Positions 18,546 through 29,262 of a stretch of DNA of 64,000 nt are shown piece after piece. The stretch spans positions 1,050 to 65,049 of the forward strand of contig DSBK01000016.1 of the NCBI GenBank assembly GCA_011046085.1, given 5' to 3'. The stretch comes from Actinomycetota bacterium (GTDB taxonomy: Bacteria > Actinomycetota > Aquicultoria > UBA3085 > Oleimmundimicrobiaceae). Positions within the stretch are counted from its first letter, which is position 1; every line of letters starts with the position of its first letter. Position numbers and translations under genes: made by a program. Under the pieces are notes generated by a model. It had not been told where the DNA came from and searched no databases. It saw only the letters and a program-made list of their open reading frames with translations.

Positions 18546-19769
18546 ATGCATGATTTTAAGGAACAAATGGAGATACTTTGCGGTGGAGCTGAGGAAGTTT
18601 TGCCATTAGATGAATTTAAGGTAAAGTTCAAACGTTCCATTGATGAAAACAGACCATTGATGGTCAAATATGGAGTGGATCCTACCTCTCCGGATCTTCA
18701 TATTGGTCATGCTGTTTCATTAAGAAAATTACGACAATTTCAAAAAATGGGGCACAAGGTGATTTTGTTAATCGGTGATTTTACGGCAAGGATAGGCGAC
18801 CCATCTCAGAGATCCGTTACTCGACCCCAGCTTTCCGAGGACGAAATTAAGTTAAACGCAAAGACTTATACCAAACAAGCTTTTAAGATTCTTGACGAAA
18901 AAGCCACCATCATTGACCACAATAGTAGGTGGTTTAGCATGATGAGCTTCGAAGATATTCTAAAGTTGACCGCCAATTTTACGGTTGCGCGTCTTTTGGA
19001 AAGAGATGATTTTTATAAGCGTTATCAAGAAAATTTACCCATAGGGTTACATGAATTTTTATATCCTGTTATGCAAGGATATGATTCGGTGATGCTTAAA
19101 TCAGATATAGAATTGGGAGGAACCGACCAGAAATTCAACATGTTAGCCGGAAGGAACCTTCAAAAAGTTTACGGTCAGAAACCACAGGTGGTTATCACAA
19201 TGCCCATTTTGGAGGGGATTGATGGTATTCAAAAGATGAGCAAAAGTCTCGGTAATCATGTGGGACTTACCGATAAACCCGATGATATGTTTGGTAAGGT
19301 TATGTCGATTCCTGATGAGCTTATGGTTAAGTACTTTAGACTAACGACAGGTCTTTCAAAGGAAGAGATAGAGACCATAAAGAAAGGTCTAAGAGACGGT
19401 TCTCTGCACCCGGCAGAGATTAAACGTCGTCTCGCTCATGAAATAGTTGCTCAGTATCATGGCAGCAAAATGGCAGATACCGCGGAGAAAGAATTTGATG
19501 CTATATTTAAAGAGCGAGCATTGCCGATGGATATACCTGAAGCTAACTTGCCTTCGGAATTATTTGAGGATGGCAAGATATGGATTGTAAGGCTATTAAC
19601 TTATATTGGTTTTGCAAGGACAAATGGAGAGGCAAGAAGGTTAATTGAACAGGGTGGCGTGAAATTGAACAATGAACTTATTGAGTCAACAGAGATTAAT
19701 GTTGCTGTGTATAGCGGAGATATTTTACAGGTTGGAAAGAGAAGGTTTGCCAAGCTCATTCGATTTTAG
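18546..19769 (+). CDS. tyrS: Tyrosine--tRNA ligase
   Basis: HIGH (HIGH), KMSKS, GGTDQ; C-terminal S4 domain; ATG 18546 preferred over 18468. Confidence 0.85.
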   Translation: MHDFKEQMEILCGGAEEVLPLDEFKVKFKRSIDENRPLMVKYGVDPTSPDLHIGHAVSLRKLRQFQKMGHKVILLIGDFTARIGDPSQRSVTRPQLSEDEIKLNAKTYTKQAFKILDEKATIIDHNSRWFSMMSFEDILKLTANFTVARLLERDDFYKRYQENLPIGLHEFLYPVMQGYDSVMLKSDIELGGTDQKFNMLAGRNLQKVYGQKPQVVITMPILEGIDGIQKMSKSLGNHVGLTDKPDDMFGKVMSIPDELMVKYFRLTTGLSKEEIETIKKGLRDGSLHPAEIKRRLAHEIVAQYHGSKMADTAEKEFDAIFKERALPMDIPEANLPSELFEDGKIWIVRLLTYIGFARTNGEARRLIEQGGVKLNNELIESTEINVAVYSGDILQVGKRRFAKLIRF

Positions 19770-19786
19770 TTTGGAGGGGTGTTGAG

Positions 19787-19996
19787 ATGATATCTCGCTG
19801 TGAAGATTGTAAATGGAATGTGGCGGGGGCAGGGACTTGTCTTCTTGGTAGAAAAGAGGAGACTTGTGATTCTCCTAAAGCAAGACGCGGAGACGATGGT
19901 TTGGCCGTGCGATTAATGGATGCTTACAAAGAGGGTCGTTTACAACTTGAGAAGATGCGCAAGCAAAATGAAGCTTCTAGTGAAAATGAGAGATAA
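19787..19996 (+). CDS. Small Cys-rich protein (69 aa; CxxC-X9-C-X8-C), possible zinc ribbon
   Basis: Open frame exactly filling the tyrS-valS gap; GTG-proximal RBS GGAGGGG upstream. Confidence 0.3.
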   Translation: MISRCEDCKWNVAGAGTCLLGRKEETCDSPKARRGDDGLAVRLMDAYKEGRLQLEKMRKQNEASSENER

Positions 19997-20014
19997 GAGG
20001 TGCTATTTTTTTAA

Positions 20015-22666
20015 ATGACTCAAAAAATATTGCCTAAGGTTTATGACCCTAAGGACGTTGAAGGTAAATGGTACGATTTTTGGCTGAAAAAAAATTATTT
20101 TAGGGCAGATATTGATAAGGCAAAAGAGCCGTTTACTATAATGATTCCTCCTCCAAACGTAACCGGCTCTCTTCATATGGGTCATGCTTTAAATAACACC
20201 TTGCAAGATGTATTGATTCGCAAAAAAAGAATGGAGGGCAAGAGCGTTCTTTGGCTTCCAGGAACAGATCATGCCGGAATTGCTACACAGAATGTGGTTG
20301 GGAAACAGCTGGCTAAGGAGGGGTTGAGCAAGGAGGATCTTGGTCGTGATAAATTTATTGAACGTGTTTGGGAGTGGAAAGAAAAGTATGGGAGTACAAT
20401 TATAAACCAACTTAAACGTCTGGGTTGTTCTTGTGATTGGGATAGAGAACGTTTTACGATGGATGAAAATTATTCTAAAGCCGTAAAAAAGGTATTTGTA
20501 AAGCTCTACGAGGACGGTCTTATTTATAAGGGTAATAGGATTATTAACTGGTGCCCCCGCTGCTTAACAGCTCTTTCTGATATTGAGGTTGAGCATGAAG
20601 ATACCGAAGGTCATTTTTGGTACATTAAGTATCCGTTTAAAGATTCTGACGATTATTTAACCGTGGCAACCACTCGTCCAGAAACGATGCTTGGCGATGT
20701 GGCGGTTGCTGTAAATCCTAACGACCCTCGTTACAAAGACTCTGTTGGGAAGATTTTAATACTCCCCGGGGCTGGCAGAGAAATACCTGTTATTGCCGAT
20801 GAAGCCGTCGACCCAGAATTTGGCACAGGTGCGTTAAAAGTTACTCCGGCACATGATCCCGCCGATTTTGAAATTGGTTTACGCCATGACCTGCCTCAAG
20901 TAAATGTGTTTACACCCGATGCGAAAATTAATGAAAATGGTGGCGATTATCTTGGGATGGATAGGTACGGATGCCGCAAGGCAATAGTGATGGATTTGGA
21001 AGAAGCATGTTTAATTGAAAAAATTGAGCCCCATTTTCATACCGTTGGTCACTGCTATCGATGTCACACCGTAATTGAACCATATCTGTCTGAACAGTGG
21101 TTTGTTAAGATGAAACCGCTAGCTGAGTCGGCAATCAAAGTTGTTAAAGAAGGAAAAATAAAAATTGTGCCCAAGCGCTGGGAAAGGGTTTATTTTGATT
21201 GGATGGATAACATCAAGGATTGGTGTATCTCTCGCCAAATTTGGTGGGGACATCAGATTCCGGTCTGGTATTGCGAATGTGGCGAAGTCATCGTTACAAT
21301 TGATACGCCCGAGAAATGTAATAAATGTGGCAGTAATACATTAGAACAAGAGACAGATGTTTTGGATACGTGGTTTAGCTCGGCTCTTTGGCCATTTGTT
21401 ACGCTTGGCTGGCCCGATAAGACCGATGACCTTTCATATTTTTATCCGACCTCAATTTTAAGCACGGCAAGAGACATCATATATTTATGGGTTGCGAGGA
21501 TGAACATGATGGGCCTGAAGTTCATGAATGACGTGCCATATCATACCGTTATAATTCATCCCACCGTTTTAACAATTGAAGGGAAGAGGATGAGCAAATC
21601 GCTGGGCACAGGGATTGATCCTCTTGAACTTATCGAGAAATATGGCACTGATGCCACAAGATTTGGTTTAATGTATCAAGCACAGGCACAAGACATGCGT
21701 TTTTCCGAGGAAAAACTCGAGATGAGCCGCAATTTTATCAACAAGATATGGAATGCTTCGAGATTTATCCTTATGAATCTCCAAGACTATTCCCCAGAAG
21801 CTGATTTTAAATATGAATTGGCTGACAAATGGATACTCTCCAGGTTCACAAAATTACTGAAAGAAGTAAATGAGGCATTCGAGGTTTATAATTTTAGCTT
21901 TTCTTGTAAACAGATATATGAGTTCTTCTGGAGTGAGTTTTGCGATTGGTATCTTGAGATTTGCAAAGATAGACTCTATGGGTTGGGTAAAGAAGGGGAT
22001 GGCGAAGCCATTGTTAGACGACAAACCGCCCAACATGTGCTTTATTTTGTAATTGACAACATTTTAAGAATCCTTCATCCTTTTATGCCCTTTTCTACTG
22101 AGGAAATTTGGCAAAACTTGCCCGATACGGGAGAAAGTATAATGGTTGAGTCATGGCCAAAAGAAAATGTTTCTCTTGTGGATGAGAAATCTGAGGAGGA
22201 GTTTGGACTTATTAGAAATATAACGGTGGCGATTAGGTCGATACGTTCGACATTTTCGCTTCCTCCATCAAAGCAAATTGAGGTCGTTATGAAAGGTTCA
22301 GATGAAGCGAAAATGTTGGTATTGAAGAATAATTTGAATTATATTTCTCAGTTAACAAATATTTCAAATGTTTCGATTGGTCAAAATGTGAATAAGCCAG
22401 CCAAATCCGCAATTGCTGTGGTGCCTGGTTTTGAGATTTTTCTTTCTCTTGCTGGGTTGATAGATATTGATACGGAAAAAGATAGACTCTTAAAGAAACT
22501 TGCTAAACTAGAAAAGGATCTAAAAAATATACAAAATAAGCTTTCAAGGGGTGAATTTTTGTCAAAGGCGCCGGCAAAGGTTGTTGAAAAAGAAAGGGCT
22601 AAAGAAACTGAGTTAGTTGATGAAAAGGACAAGGTTGAGTTCCAGTTAAAACAACTTTCGCAGTAG
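20015..22666 (+). CDS. valS: Valine--tRNA ligase
   Basis: PPPNVTGSLHMGHA, KMSKS, C-terminal coiled coil. Confidence 0.9.
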   Translation: MTQKILPKVYDPKDVEGKWYDFWLKKNYFRADIDKAKEPFTIMIPPPNVTGSLHMGHALNNTLQDVLIRKKRMEGKSVLWLPGTDHAGIATQNVVGKQLAKEGLSKEDLGRDKFIERVWEWKEKYGSTIINQLKRLGCSCDWDRERFTMDENYSKAVKKVFVKLYEDGLIYKGNRIINWCPRCLTALSDIEVEHEDTEGHFWYIKYPFKDSDDYLTVATTRPETMLGDVAVAVNPNDPRYKDSVGKILILPGAGREIPVIADEAVDPEFGTGALKVTPAHDPADFEIGLRHDLPQVNVFTPDAKINENGGDYLGMDRYGCRKAIVMDLEEACLIEKIEPHFHTVGHCYRCHTVIEPYLSEQWFVKMKPLAESAIKVVKEGKIKIVPKRWERVYFDWMDNIKDWCISRQIWWGHQIPVWYCECGEVIVTIDTPEKCNKCGSNTLEQETDVLDTWFSSALWPFVTLGWPDKTDDLSYFYPTSILSTARDIIYLWVARMNMMGLKFMNDVPYHTVIIHPTVLTIEGKRMSKSLGTGIDPLELIEKYGTDATRFGLMYQAQAQDMRFSEEKLEMSRNFINKIWNASRFILMNLQDYSPEADFKYELADKWILSRFTKLLKEVNEAFEVYNFSFSCKQIYEFFWSEFCDWYLEICKDRLYGLGKEGDGEAIVRRQTAQHVLYFVIDNILRILHPFMPFSTEEIWQNLPDTGESIMVESWPKENVSLVDEKSEEEFGLIRNITVAIRSIRSTFSLPPSKQIEVVMKGSDEAKMLVLKNNLNYISQLTNISNVSIGQNVNKPAKSAIAVVPGFEIFLSLAGLIDIDTEKDRLLKKLAKLEKDLKNIQNKLSRGEFLSKAPAKVVEKERAKETELVDEKDKVEFQLKQLSQ

Positions 22667-22677
22667 CCTGACTGCGT

Positions 22678-23997
22678 ATGAATTTTACAGAGGCAAATAA
22701 GTATATAAACTCATTGGGTCATAATGAAATAAACCCGGGGCTTAAGAGGGTCAAAGCTTTATGTGAGGAGTTGGGGAATCCTCAAAGCGATTTTTCCGTA
22801 ATACAGATTACGGGAACAAATGGGAAAACTTCAACGGCGCGTATGATATCCTCCATTCTTTCGGCTCACGGGATTAAAACCGGTGTCTATACGTCTCCTC
22901 ACCTAGATTCAATTACTGAGCGGTTTGAAATAAACGGAAAACTAATTTCCGAAGAACTTTTTGCATTTTCACTTGGCAAGATTATGCCCAAGATAAATGA
23001 AGCTAACGAGAGGTTTTATCCCGACAGGTTGAGTTACTTTGAAACGGTAACCGTTTTAGCATTTATCATATTTCAGGATGCGGGTATAGATTGCGCAGTC
23101 TTGGAGGTTGGTATGGGCGGAAGATGGGATGCCACAAGCGTTTGTAACCCAAAAATTTCGGTTATAACAAACGTTGAATTGGAACACACAGATAGATTGG
23201 GCGACACGGTTTCCCAGATTGCTTGGGAAAAGGCCCACATTATTAAGGAGGATTCGGTTGCCTTAATCGGTGAGTTATCCAATGAGTCTTTAAAAGTAGT
23301 TAAAGAGCGCTGTTTGAGTGAAAAAGTTGATTTGAGGATCTTAGGAAAAGATTTTTCTTTTCTTAGTGAAGATAAGAACAATTTCTCGGTTAAAGGACTT
23401 TATGGTTGCTACAACGACCTTTCTTTAAACCTAAAAGGAGCATATCAGCTTAAAAATGCGGTTTTAGCAATTTCCGCCTCCGAAATATTTCTTAAAAAAC
23501 CTCTCTTAATTGAAAAGATAAAAGAGGGTTTTAATAAGGTGAGGTGTCCGGGAAGGTTGGAAGTTTTATCCAAAACACCTTTAGTTGTCTTGGATGGAGC
23601 CCATAATCCCGCGGGCGCCAAACAACTTGCAAGCGTTTTAAGAGATGAGTTTAAGTATAATGAGCTCATACTGATACTTGCCATACTTAAAGATAAAGAT
23701 ATAAAGGGAATAATTGATGAAATAGCTCCAGCCGCTTCCCTTATCGTTCTAACAGAGAATAGAAATGAGAGATGCGCGTCGTGCGATTTATTAAAAAAAT
23801 ATATTGTTGGTAATAGGTATATATGCACGAAAAGCATTCCTGAAGCTTTAAATTTATCATTGAAAAACGCAAAGCATTCGGATTTAATTTGTGTAACGGG
23901 CTCTTTGTCGACCGTTGCCGAAGCAAGAAATTTTCTTAAAAGAAAATTGGGAGAAAATTTTGAAGGTAAAGAGAATGGGTTATCGAAATATATTTAA
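22678..23997 (+). CDS. folC: Folylpolyglutamate synthase / dihydrofolate synthase (Mur ligase family)
   Basis: ITGTNGKTST P-loop; conserved valS-folC synteny. Confidence 0.8.
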   Translation: MNFTEANKYINSLGHNEINPGLKRVKALCEELGNPQSDFSVIQITGTNGKTSTARMISSILSAHGIKTGVYTSPHLDSITERFEINGKLISEELFAFSLGKIMPKINEANERFYPDRLSYFETVTVLAFIIFQDAGIDCAVLEVGMGGRWDATSVCNPKISVITNVELEHTDRLGDTVSQIAWEKAHIIKEDSVALIGELSNESLKVVKERCLSEKVDLRILGKDFSFLSEDKNNFSVKGLYGCYNDLSLNLKGAYQLKNAVLAISASEIFLKKPLLIEKIKEGFNKVRCPGRLEVLSKTPLVVLDGAHNPAGAKQLASVLRDEFKYNELILILAILKDKDIKGIIDEIAPAASLIVLTENRNERCASCDLLKKYIVGNRYICTKSIPEALNLSLKNAKHSDLICVTGSLSTVAEARNFLKRKLGENFEGKENGLSKYI

Positions 23998-24111
23998 CGT
24001 TGGCCAAATTGTGCTATTTTTGTTTGGGTTAATGGTTTTATTCTGTCTTTTCTTTTTTGGGTTAGGTTATCTAATTGGATTATTTGTTTTATAAAAAAGA
24101 GGGTTGATAAA

Positions 24112-24549
24112 TTGGATTTCATTACGTCAATATTGAATTTTTTTAGTTCTCCCGTATTTAAAATGGCGGCCAGGTTACTCATTTTGTTCTTGCTTATTTT
24201 ATGGGCAAGCGTAATTTACTGGGTCTATCGGGACGCTGAAAAACGAGGCGCCATTGGAATATATTGGGCTGCTGTAATCCTTTTCTTTAATGTATTTGGG
24301 CTAATAGTATATTTTATTTTAAGACCCCCCGAATATGTTGCCGATGTCCAGGAAAGAGAACTTGAAATTAAGATGAAAGAGGAAATGATTAATTCGAGAA
24401 AGAGTTGTTCCGGATGTCGTCAACCTATTGAACTAGATTTTCTTGTCTGCCCATATTGTATGAAAAAACTTAAAAAAAGTTGCCCCGTTTGTAATCGTCC
24501 TTTAAATTTAAATTGGACTATATGCCCTTATTGTAAGGCTTCCTTTTAA
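24112..24549 (+). CDS. Membrane protein with a PLDc_N-like N-terminal TM domain and a C-terminal double zinc ribbon (3x CxxC)
   Basis: YWVYRDAEKRG...YFILRP segment; CSGC / CPYC / CPVC / CPYC. Confidence 0.45.
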   Translation: MDFITSILNFFSSPVFKMAARLLILFLLILWASVIYWVYRDAEKRGAIGIYWAAVILFFNVFGLIVYFILRPPEYVADVQERELEIKMKEEMINSRKSCSGCRQPIELDFLVCPYCMKKLKKSCPVCNRPLNLNWTICPYCKASF

Positions 24550-24628
24550 TGGTTAGAAAAAATTTCTTGATAGAATATTTAGCCTATTGTAAAATCCCTT
24601 TTAATTGTGAGTTACTTTTAGAGGAGGG

Positions 24629-25039
24629 TTGATTTTTCTGGAAAAAACATTTTTGATGATAAAACCAGACGGTGTAGGGAAAAAGCTTGTAGGAGAGGTT
24701 CTTGGCCGCATAGAAAGAAGAGGTCTTGTCATAGAAGAAATGAAGTTGATGCGTTTAGATAAAGAGATGGCCGAAGAACACTATGCTCAACATAGAGATC
24801 AGCCATTTTTCGATGATTTGATAAATTATGTTATCTCTGGCGCTGTTGTTGCGATGGTTGTAAGTGGCAAGAACGCTGTTTCTGTTATTAGAAAAATGAT
24901 TGGGGCAACAAATCCCTTTGAGGCTGAACCAGGGACTATACGCGGGGATTTTGCCTTAGATGTCTCTGAAAACATTGTGCATGGTTCAGACTCGGCAGAA
25001 AGCGCTAAAAGGGAAATTTTACTTTTCTTCGGTGAATAA
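24629..25039 (+). CDS. ndk: Nucleoside diphosphate kinase
   Basis: TFLMIKPDGV; active-site His in NIVHGSDS. Confidence 0.9.
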   Translation: MIFLEKTFLMIKPDGVGKKLVGEVLGRIERRGLVIEEMKLMRLDKEMAEEHYAQHRDQPFFDDLINYVISGAVVAMVVSGKNAVSVIRKMIGATNPFEAEPGTIRGDFALDVSENIVHGSDSAESAKREILLFFGE

Positions 25040-25126
25040 ATATTCTTTAACGGAGGGGTTTTTCTGGGCATATTTGGGCAATTAAGAACTTTAAAAAAGG
25101 GGTTTGAATTCTCACACGAGTATGAT

Positions 25127-26413
25127 TTGGTGAAAAAAGAGCTCGGGAAAAAGCCGATCGAAGAAGCATCACTGCCAGATGAAATAGTTATTCCTCTTTC
25201 ACAGAATCTGGGTTCGCCATGTAAGCCATTGGTGGAAATTAAACAAAGGGTTTTGGTTGGACAAAAGATTGGTGATTCCGATGGTTTTGTATCAGCACCT
25301 GTGCATTCCAGTGTCTCGGGTGAAGTGGTTGCTATTGAGCCCCGGTTGAGCTTCTCGGGCGATAAAGTTTTAAGTGTAATTATCGCCCCCGATGGAAATC
25401 AAGAAACATCAAGTTTTAGTGGGTTTTCGGAAAGCGAAGCCAAAGATGCGGATAAGGTGCGTGTCGCCATCAGGGAAGCTGGGATTGTTGGTTTGGGAGG
25501 AGCGGCTTTTCCATCACACGTGAAACTTTCGCCCCCAAAAGATAAACCAATTACAGACGTGATCGTAAATGGGTGTGAGTGTGAACCCTACATAGCGGGA
25601 GATCATCGCAACATCCTTGAAAATGCTGAAATTATAATAGATGGATTGAAAATTATTATGCGCGTACTCGGGGCGGAGCGTGGCTATATTGCAATTGAAA
25701 CAAATAAAATTGACGCCATACACCACATGAATAATTTGGTTTCTTCCGAAGGGAATATGAGAGTAGTTCCTCTAAGTGTGAAGTATCCTCAGGGAGCTGA
25801 AAAGCAACTAATTCAAGTTATCCTAGATAAAGAAGTTCCGAGTGGCGGTATTCCATGTGAAGTTTCGGCTTTAGTTCATAATGTTGGGACAACCATAGCG
25901 ATATCGAAAGCGGTACGGGAAGGGAAACCTCTTTTTGAGCGCGTTCTTTCGGTTGCGGGACCTGGTATAAAAGAATCAAAAAATCTTAAAGTAAAAATAG
26001 GAACACCCGTTAACCACCTAATTGAAGAATGTGGTGGTTTTAAAGGAGAACCCGGTAAAGTAATTCTCGGTGGGCCGATGACCGGTTTTGCTCTTTTTGA
26101 TTTATCTGTTCCCATCGTTAAGGGGACATCGGGCGTTGTTGTATTTCCCAGAGAGATGACGATAGCGTCAAACCCAAGGGCTTGCATACGATGTGGAAGG
26201 TGTGTCCAGGTGTGTCCGGTGCGTATAATGCCTAACTTTATCGGCCAGTATATCGAAGTAGGTATGATAGACAGGGCAGAAGATGCTGACGTAATGGATT
26301 GTATAGAGTGCGGGCTTTGTGGATACGTGTGCCCCGCTCAAAGGCCACTCATTCAACTTATAAGACACGCTAAAGCAAAAATTATAGCTGATCGAAAGAA
26401 AGGCGGGAGTTAA
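25127..26413 (+). CDS. rnfC: Rnf electron transport complex subunit C
   Basis: Two 4Fe-4S motifs CIRCGRCVQVCP and CIECGLCGYVCP; NADH/FMN-binding fold. Confidence 0.85.
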   Translation: MVKKELGKKPIEEASLPDEIVIPLSQNLGSPCKPLVEIKQRVLVGQKIGDSDGFVSAPVHSSVSGEVVAIEPRLSFSGDKVLSVIIAPDGNQETSSFSGFSESEAKDADKVRVAIREAGIVGLGGAAFPSHVKLSPPKDKPITDVIVNGCECEPYIAGDHRNILENAEIIIDGLKIIMRVLGAERGYIAIETNKIDAIHHMNNLVSSEGNMRVVPLSVKYPQGAEKQLIQVILDKEVPSGGIPCEVSALVHNVGTTIAISKAVREGKPLFERVLSVAGPGIKESKNLKVKIGTPVNHLIEECGGFKGEPGKVILGGPMTGFALFDLSVPIVKGTSGVVVFPREMTIASNPRACIRCGRCVQVCPVRIMPNFIGQYIEVGMIDRAEDADVMDCIECGLCGYVCPAQRPLIQLIRHAKAKIIADRKKGGS

Positions 26414-27367
26414 ATGAATTCAGAATTAATAGTTTCTGCGCCGCCGCATATAAAAAGTCATGAAACAATTGGAAAGTTGATGGGGTGGACATTTCTGGCC
26501 CTTCTGCCTGTAGTGCTTTTAGATATTTATCTTTTTGGCGGTCATGCTATTCGAACAATTTCTCTATCTATGATTGCTGCAGTTTTAACGGAAGCTGCGA
26601 TTCTTATGTATAGGCGAATGCCGGTTACAGTGATTGACGGCAGCGCGGCATTAACGGGTCTAATTTTGGCGCTCACATTACCTCCCAAGGTTCCTTACTG
26701 GATTCCTCTTGTTGGCGGTTTTCTTGCGATCACCTTTGGGAAGCAACTTTTTGGAGGTCTGGGGTATAACATATTTAATCCCGCCCTTGTCGGAAGGGCT
26801 ATGCTTTTTGTGTCTTGGCCTGAAATATTGTCAAATAGCTGGTTTGCTCCATTAAAAGAGCTTGACGCGATCACCAGCGCCACCCCGCTTATGGCTTTGC
26901 GCGAAATAAGCGCCGGGAACCTTATTGCGGATATTTCGGTTGTTTACAAGCCGCTGCTATTTTTAAATCGCGGTGGTTGTCTGGGAGAAATATCCGCCTT
27001 GCTGCTTATATTGGGTGGCATAATTCTCGTCTCAAGAAAGGTTATTGATTGGCGCATTCCCGTTTCTTTTATCGGCACCGTTATCTTTCTTAGCTTTTTT
27101 GCAAGAACAAATATTTTAATCACCCTTCTTGGAGGGGGACTTCTATTAGGCGCCTTCTTTTTGGCTACGGATCCGGTAACTTCACCGGTTACAAGAAAGG
27201 GAAGGGTTGTTTACGGTATCGGTTGTGGATTGGCAACCATGCTTATACGGCTTTATTCCGGTTATGTAGAAGGAGTTATGTTTGCGATTTTGTTCATGAA
27301 TTCGTTCGTTTCTTTAATAGATAGATACACATTACCTAAGAAATACGGGTTGGTGAAGGCCAAGTGA
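26414..27367 (+). CDS. rnfD: Rnf subunit D (NqrB-like membrane subunit)
   Basis: Polytopic membrane protein; flavinylation-type motif region GLATD. Confidence 0.85.
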   Translation: MNSELIVSAPPHIKSHETIGKLMGWTFLALLPVVLLDIYLFGGHAIRTISLSMIAAVLTEAAILMYRRMPVTVIDGSAALTGLILALTLPPKVPYWIPLVGGFLAITFGKQLFGGLGYNIFNPALVGRAMLFVSWPEILSNSWFAPLKELDAITSATPLMALREISAGNLIADISVVYKPLLFLNRGGCLGEISALLLILGGIILVSRKVIDWRIPVSFIGTVIFLSFFARTNILITLLGGGLLLGAFFLATDPVTSPVTRKGRVVYGIGCGLATMLIRLYSGYVEGVMFAILFMNSFVSLIDRYTLPKKYGLVKAK

Positions 27368-27948
27368 AAAAGGTGTTTTATTTCTTAAGGTTATCGTTAA
27401 CGCTTATGCTGGTTTGCGGCATCGCCGCAGGCGCTTTGGCTGCCACTTATTCGGTAACTCAACCTGTAGTTGAAGAACAAGAAAAAAGGGAAACGATAGA
27501 GAAATATAAGGATGTATTAAAGATTTTTGAAGTTCAAGGTATTGCCCCGGTTGAAAATGTCGAAGCCCTAAAAAATGGTAAAGAGGTTGTGGAAGGTTTG
27601 GAAGCCGTTTTTGACATAGTTAAGGGGACTGAAAAAATTGGCGTTGCGATTACCACGGGGGCAAATGGTTACGGTGGTTTGGTTAAGGTTGCCGTTGCCA
27701 TAAAAGCCGATGGCGCTATAGCGGGAATTAAAATTTTAGATATTTCTGGCGAGACAAAGGGAGTTGGAGACAAAGTTGTTGAGGAGCCTGGATTCATCAA
27801 GCAGTTTATAGGGAAAACCGTGAACGATCCTCTGAAAATAAGTACTGACATAGATGCGATTTCTGGAGCTTCCATAACTTCAAGAGCTGTAACTCAGGAT
27901 GTTAGTGATGCGGCCAAGATCTTCAAGGAATTTGCGGGAGGCAGTTGA
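27364..27948 (+). CDS. rnfG: Rnf subunit G (FMN-binding)
   Basis: FMN_bind domain (ISGASITSRAV flavinylation Ser/Thr motif). Confidence 0.8.
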   Translation: MKKVFYFLRLSLTLMLVCGIAAGALAATYSVTQPVVEEQEKRETIEKYKDVLKIFEVQGIAPVENVEALKNGKEVVEGLEAVFDIVKGTEKIGVAITTGANGYGGLVKVAVAIKADGAIAGIKILDISGETKGVGDKVVEEPGFIKQFIGKTVNDPLKISTDIDAISGASITSRAVTQDVSDAAKIFKEFAGGS

Positions 27949-28556
27949 TGAAAAGAAGCGTCTGGCGGGATTTTACCATCGGGCTAATTGAAGAAAATCC
28001 TTTGTTTGGCCTGGTAATTGGGCTTTGTGCTGCTTTGGCGGTTTCGAGTAAGGTTGAAAATGCCATCTTCATGGGCGTGGCCGCCAGCTTTGTTATGGTC
28101 GCTTCAAATATTTTAATTTCGGTGATTCGCAAAGCGGTTCCAAACGAAATAAGAATTCCCATATTTATCGTAGTTATCGCATCGTTTGTAACGATTGTGG
28201 ACTTAACTATGAAAGCATTTTTCCCTGCTGTTTATGCGGCACTGGGGGTTTGGATTCCCTTAATCGTTGTAAACTGCATAATTCTTGGCAGGGCTGAAGC
28301 TTTTGCCTATAAGAATGGCGTTATTCGTTCTATCGCCGACGGGTTGGGCAAAGGGCTAGGTTATACGTTGGTTATTCTGGTTATGGCCGTTATCCGCGAG
28401 CTTGGCGGGACAGGCCAAATAGTTGCTTTTGAAAATACAATAATATCTTTGAAGGGATTTCAGCCTCCCCAAATATTGCAGAGTTTTCCGGGGGCTTTCT
28501 TTACGTTTGGCCTGTTGATGGGGTTGTTGCGCAAGCTTCAGGGGAAAGGAGAATAA
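27945..28556 (+). CDS. rnfE: Rnf subunit E
   Basis: NqrD/RnfE family membrane protein. Confidence 0.85.
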   Translation: MMKRSVWRDFTIGLIEENPLFGLVIGLCAALAVSSKVENAIFMGVAASFVMVASNILISVIRKAVPNEIRIPIFIVVIASFVTIVDLTMKAFFPAVYAALGVWIPLIVVNCIILGRAEAFAYKNGVIRSIADGLGKGLGYTLVILVMAVIRELGGTGQIVAFENTIISLKGFQPPQILQSFPGAFFTFGLLMGLLRKLQGKGE

Positions 28557-29168
28557 ATGCAACGGTTATTCTTGATATTTCTGGCCGCATTTTTAATAAA
28601 TAATATCTTACTTATTAAATTTATTGGGCTCTGTCCTTTCTTAGGAGTTTCCAGCCGATTTGATACTTCTATCGGGATGAGCATGGCTGTGATTTTTGTT
28701 ATGACGCTAGCTTCGATGGCGTGTTGGGGGGTTTGGAATCTCTTGCTTGACCCGCTCGGTGTTGGGGATTTTTTATATATACCTGCTTTCATTCTTGTTA
28801 TAGCGGCGCTTGTGCAATTTATTGAGATGGTTATAAAAAAAGTAAGCCCCACACTATTTAAAGCGTTGGGCATTTTCTTGCCTCTTATCACAACAAACTG
28901 TGCCGTTTTAGCTGCGGCCACGGAGAGCGTTAAGCCCGGTTTCTGGAAACTTAGTCTGGAATATAATTATGGCTTAGGAGAAGCTCTGGTCTATACGATT
29001 GGCATCGCTCTGGGTTTCTCAATGGTAATTATAATGTTTGCTGCCATGAGAGAAAGGATTGAAATAGCTCCGATACCACATTCATTAAAAGGTATTCCAA
29101 TAGCATTTATAGCGGCGGGGCTTTCTTCGTTGGCTTTCCTTGGATTCAAAGGATTATTTGGAATATAA
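28557..29168 (+). CDS. rnfA: Rnf subunit A
   Basis: NqrE/RnfA family membrane protein. Confidence 0.85.
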   Translation: MQRLFLIFLAAFLINNILLIKFIGLCPFLGVSSRFDTSIGMSMAVIFVMTLASMACWGVWNLLLDPLGVGDFLYIPAFILVIAALVQFIEMVIKKVSPTLFKALGIFLPLITTNCAVLAAATESVKPGFWKLSLEYNYGLGEALVYTIGIALGFSMVIIMFAAMRERIEIAPIPHSLKGIPIAFIAAGLSSLAFLGFKGLFGI

Positions 29169-29262
29169 GATAGATGCTTAGAGAGATGGCGACTTAGGGC
29201 ATTGCAAAGAATTTTAAGAATTTGTAATTGGCAAGAATTTTTGAAGGGTGAATGATTGAAGA

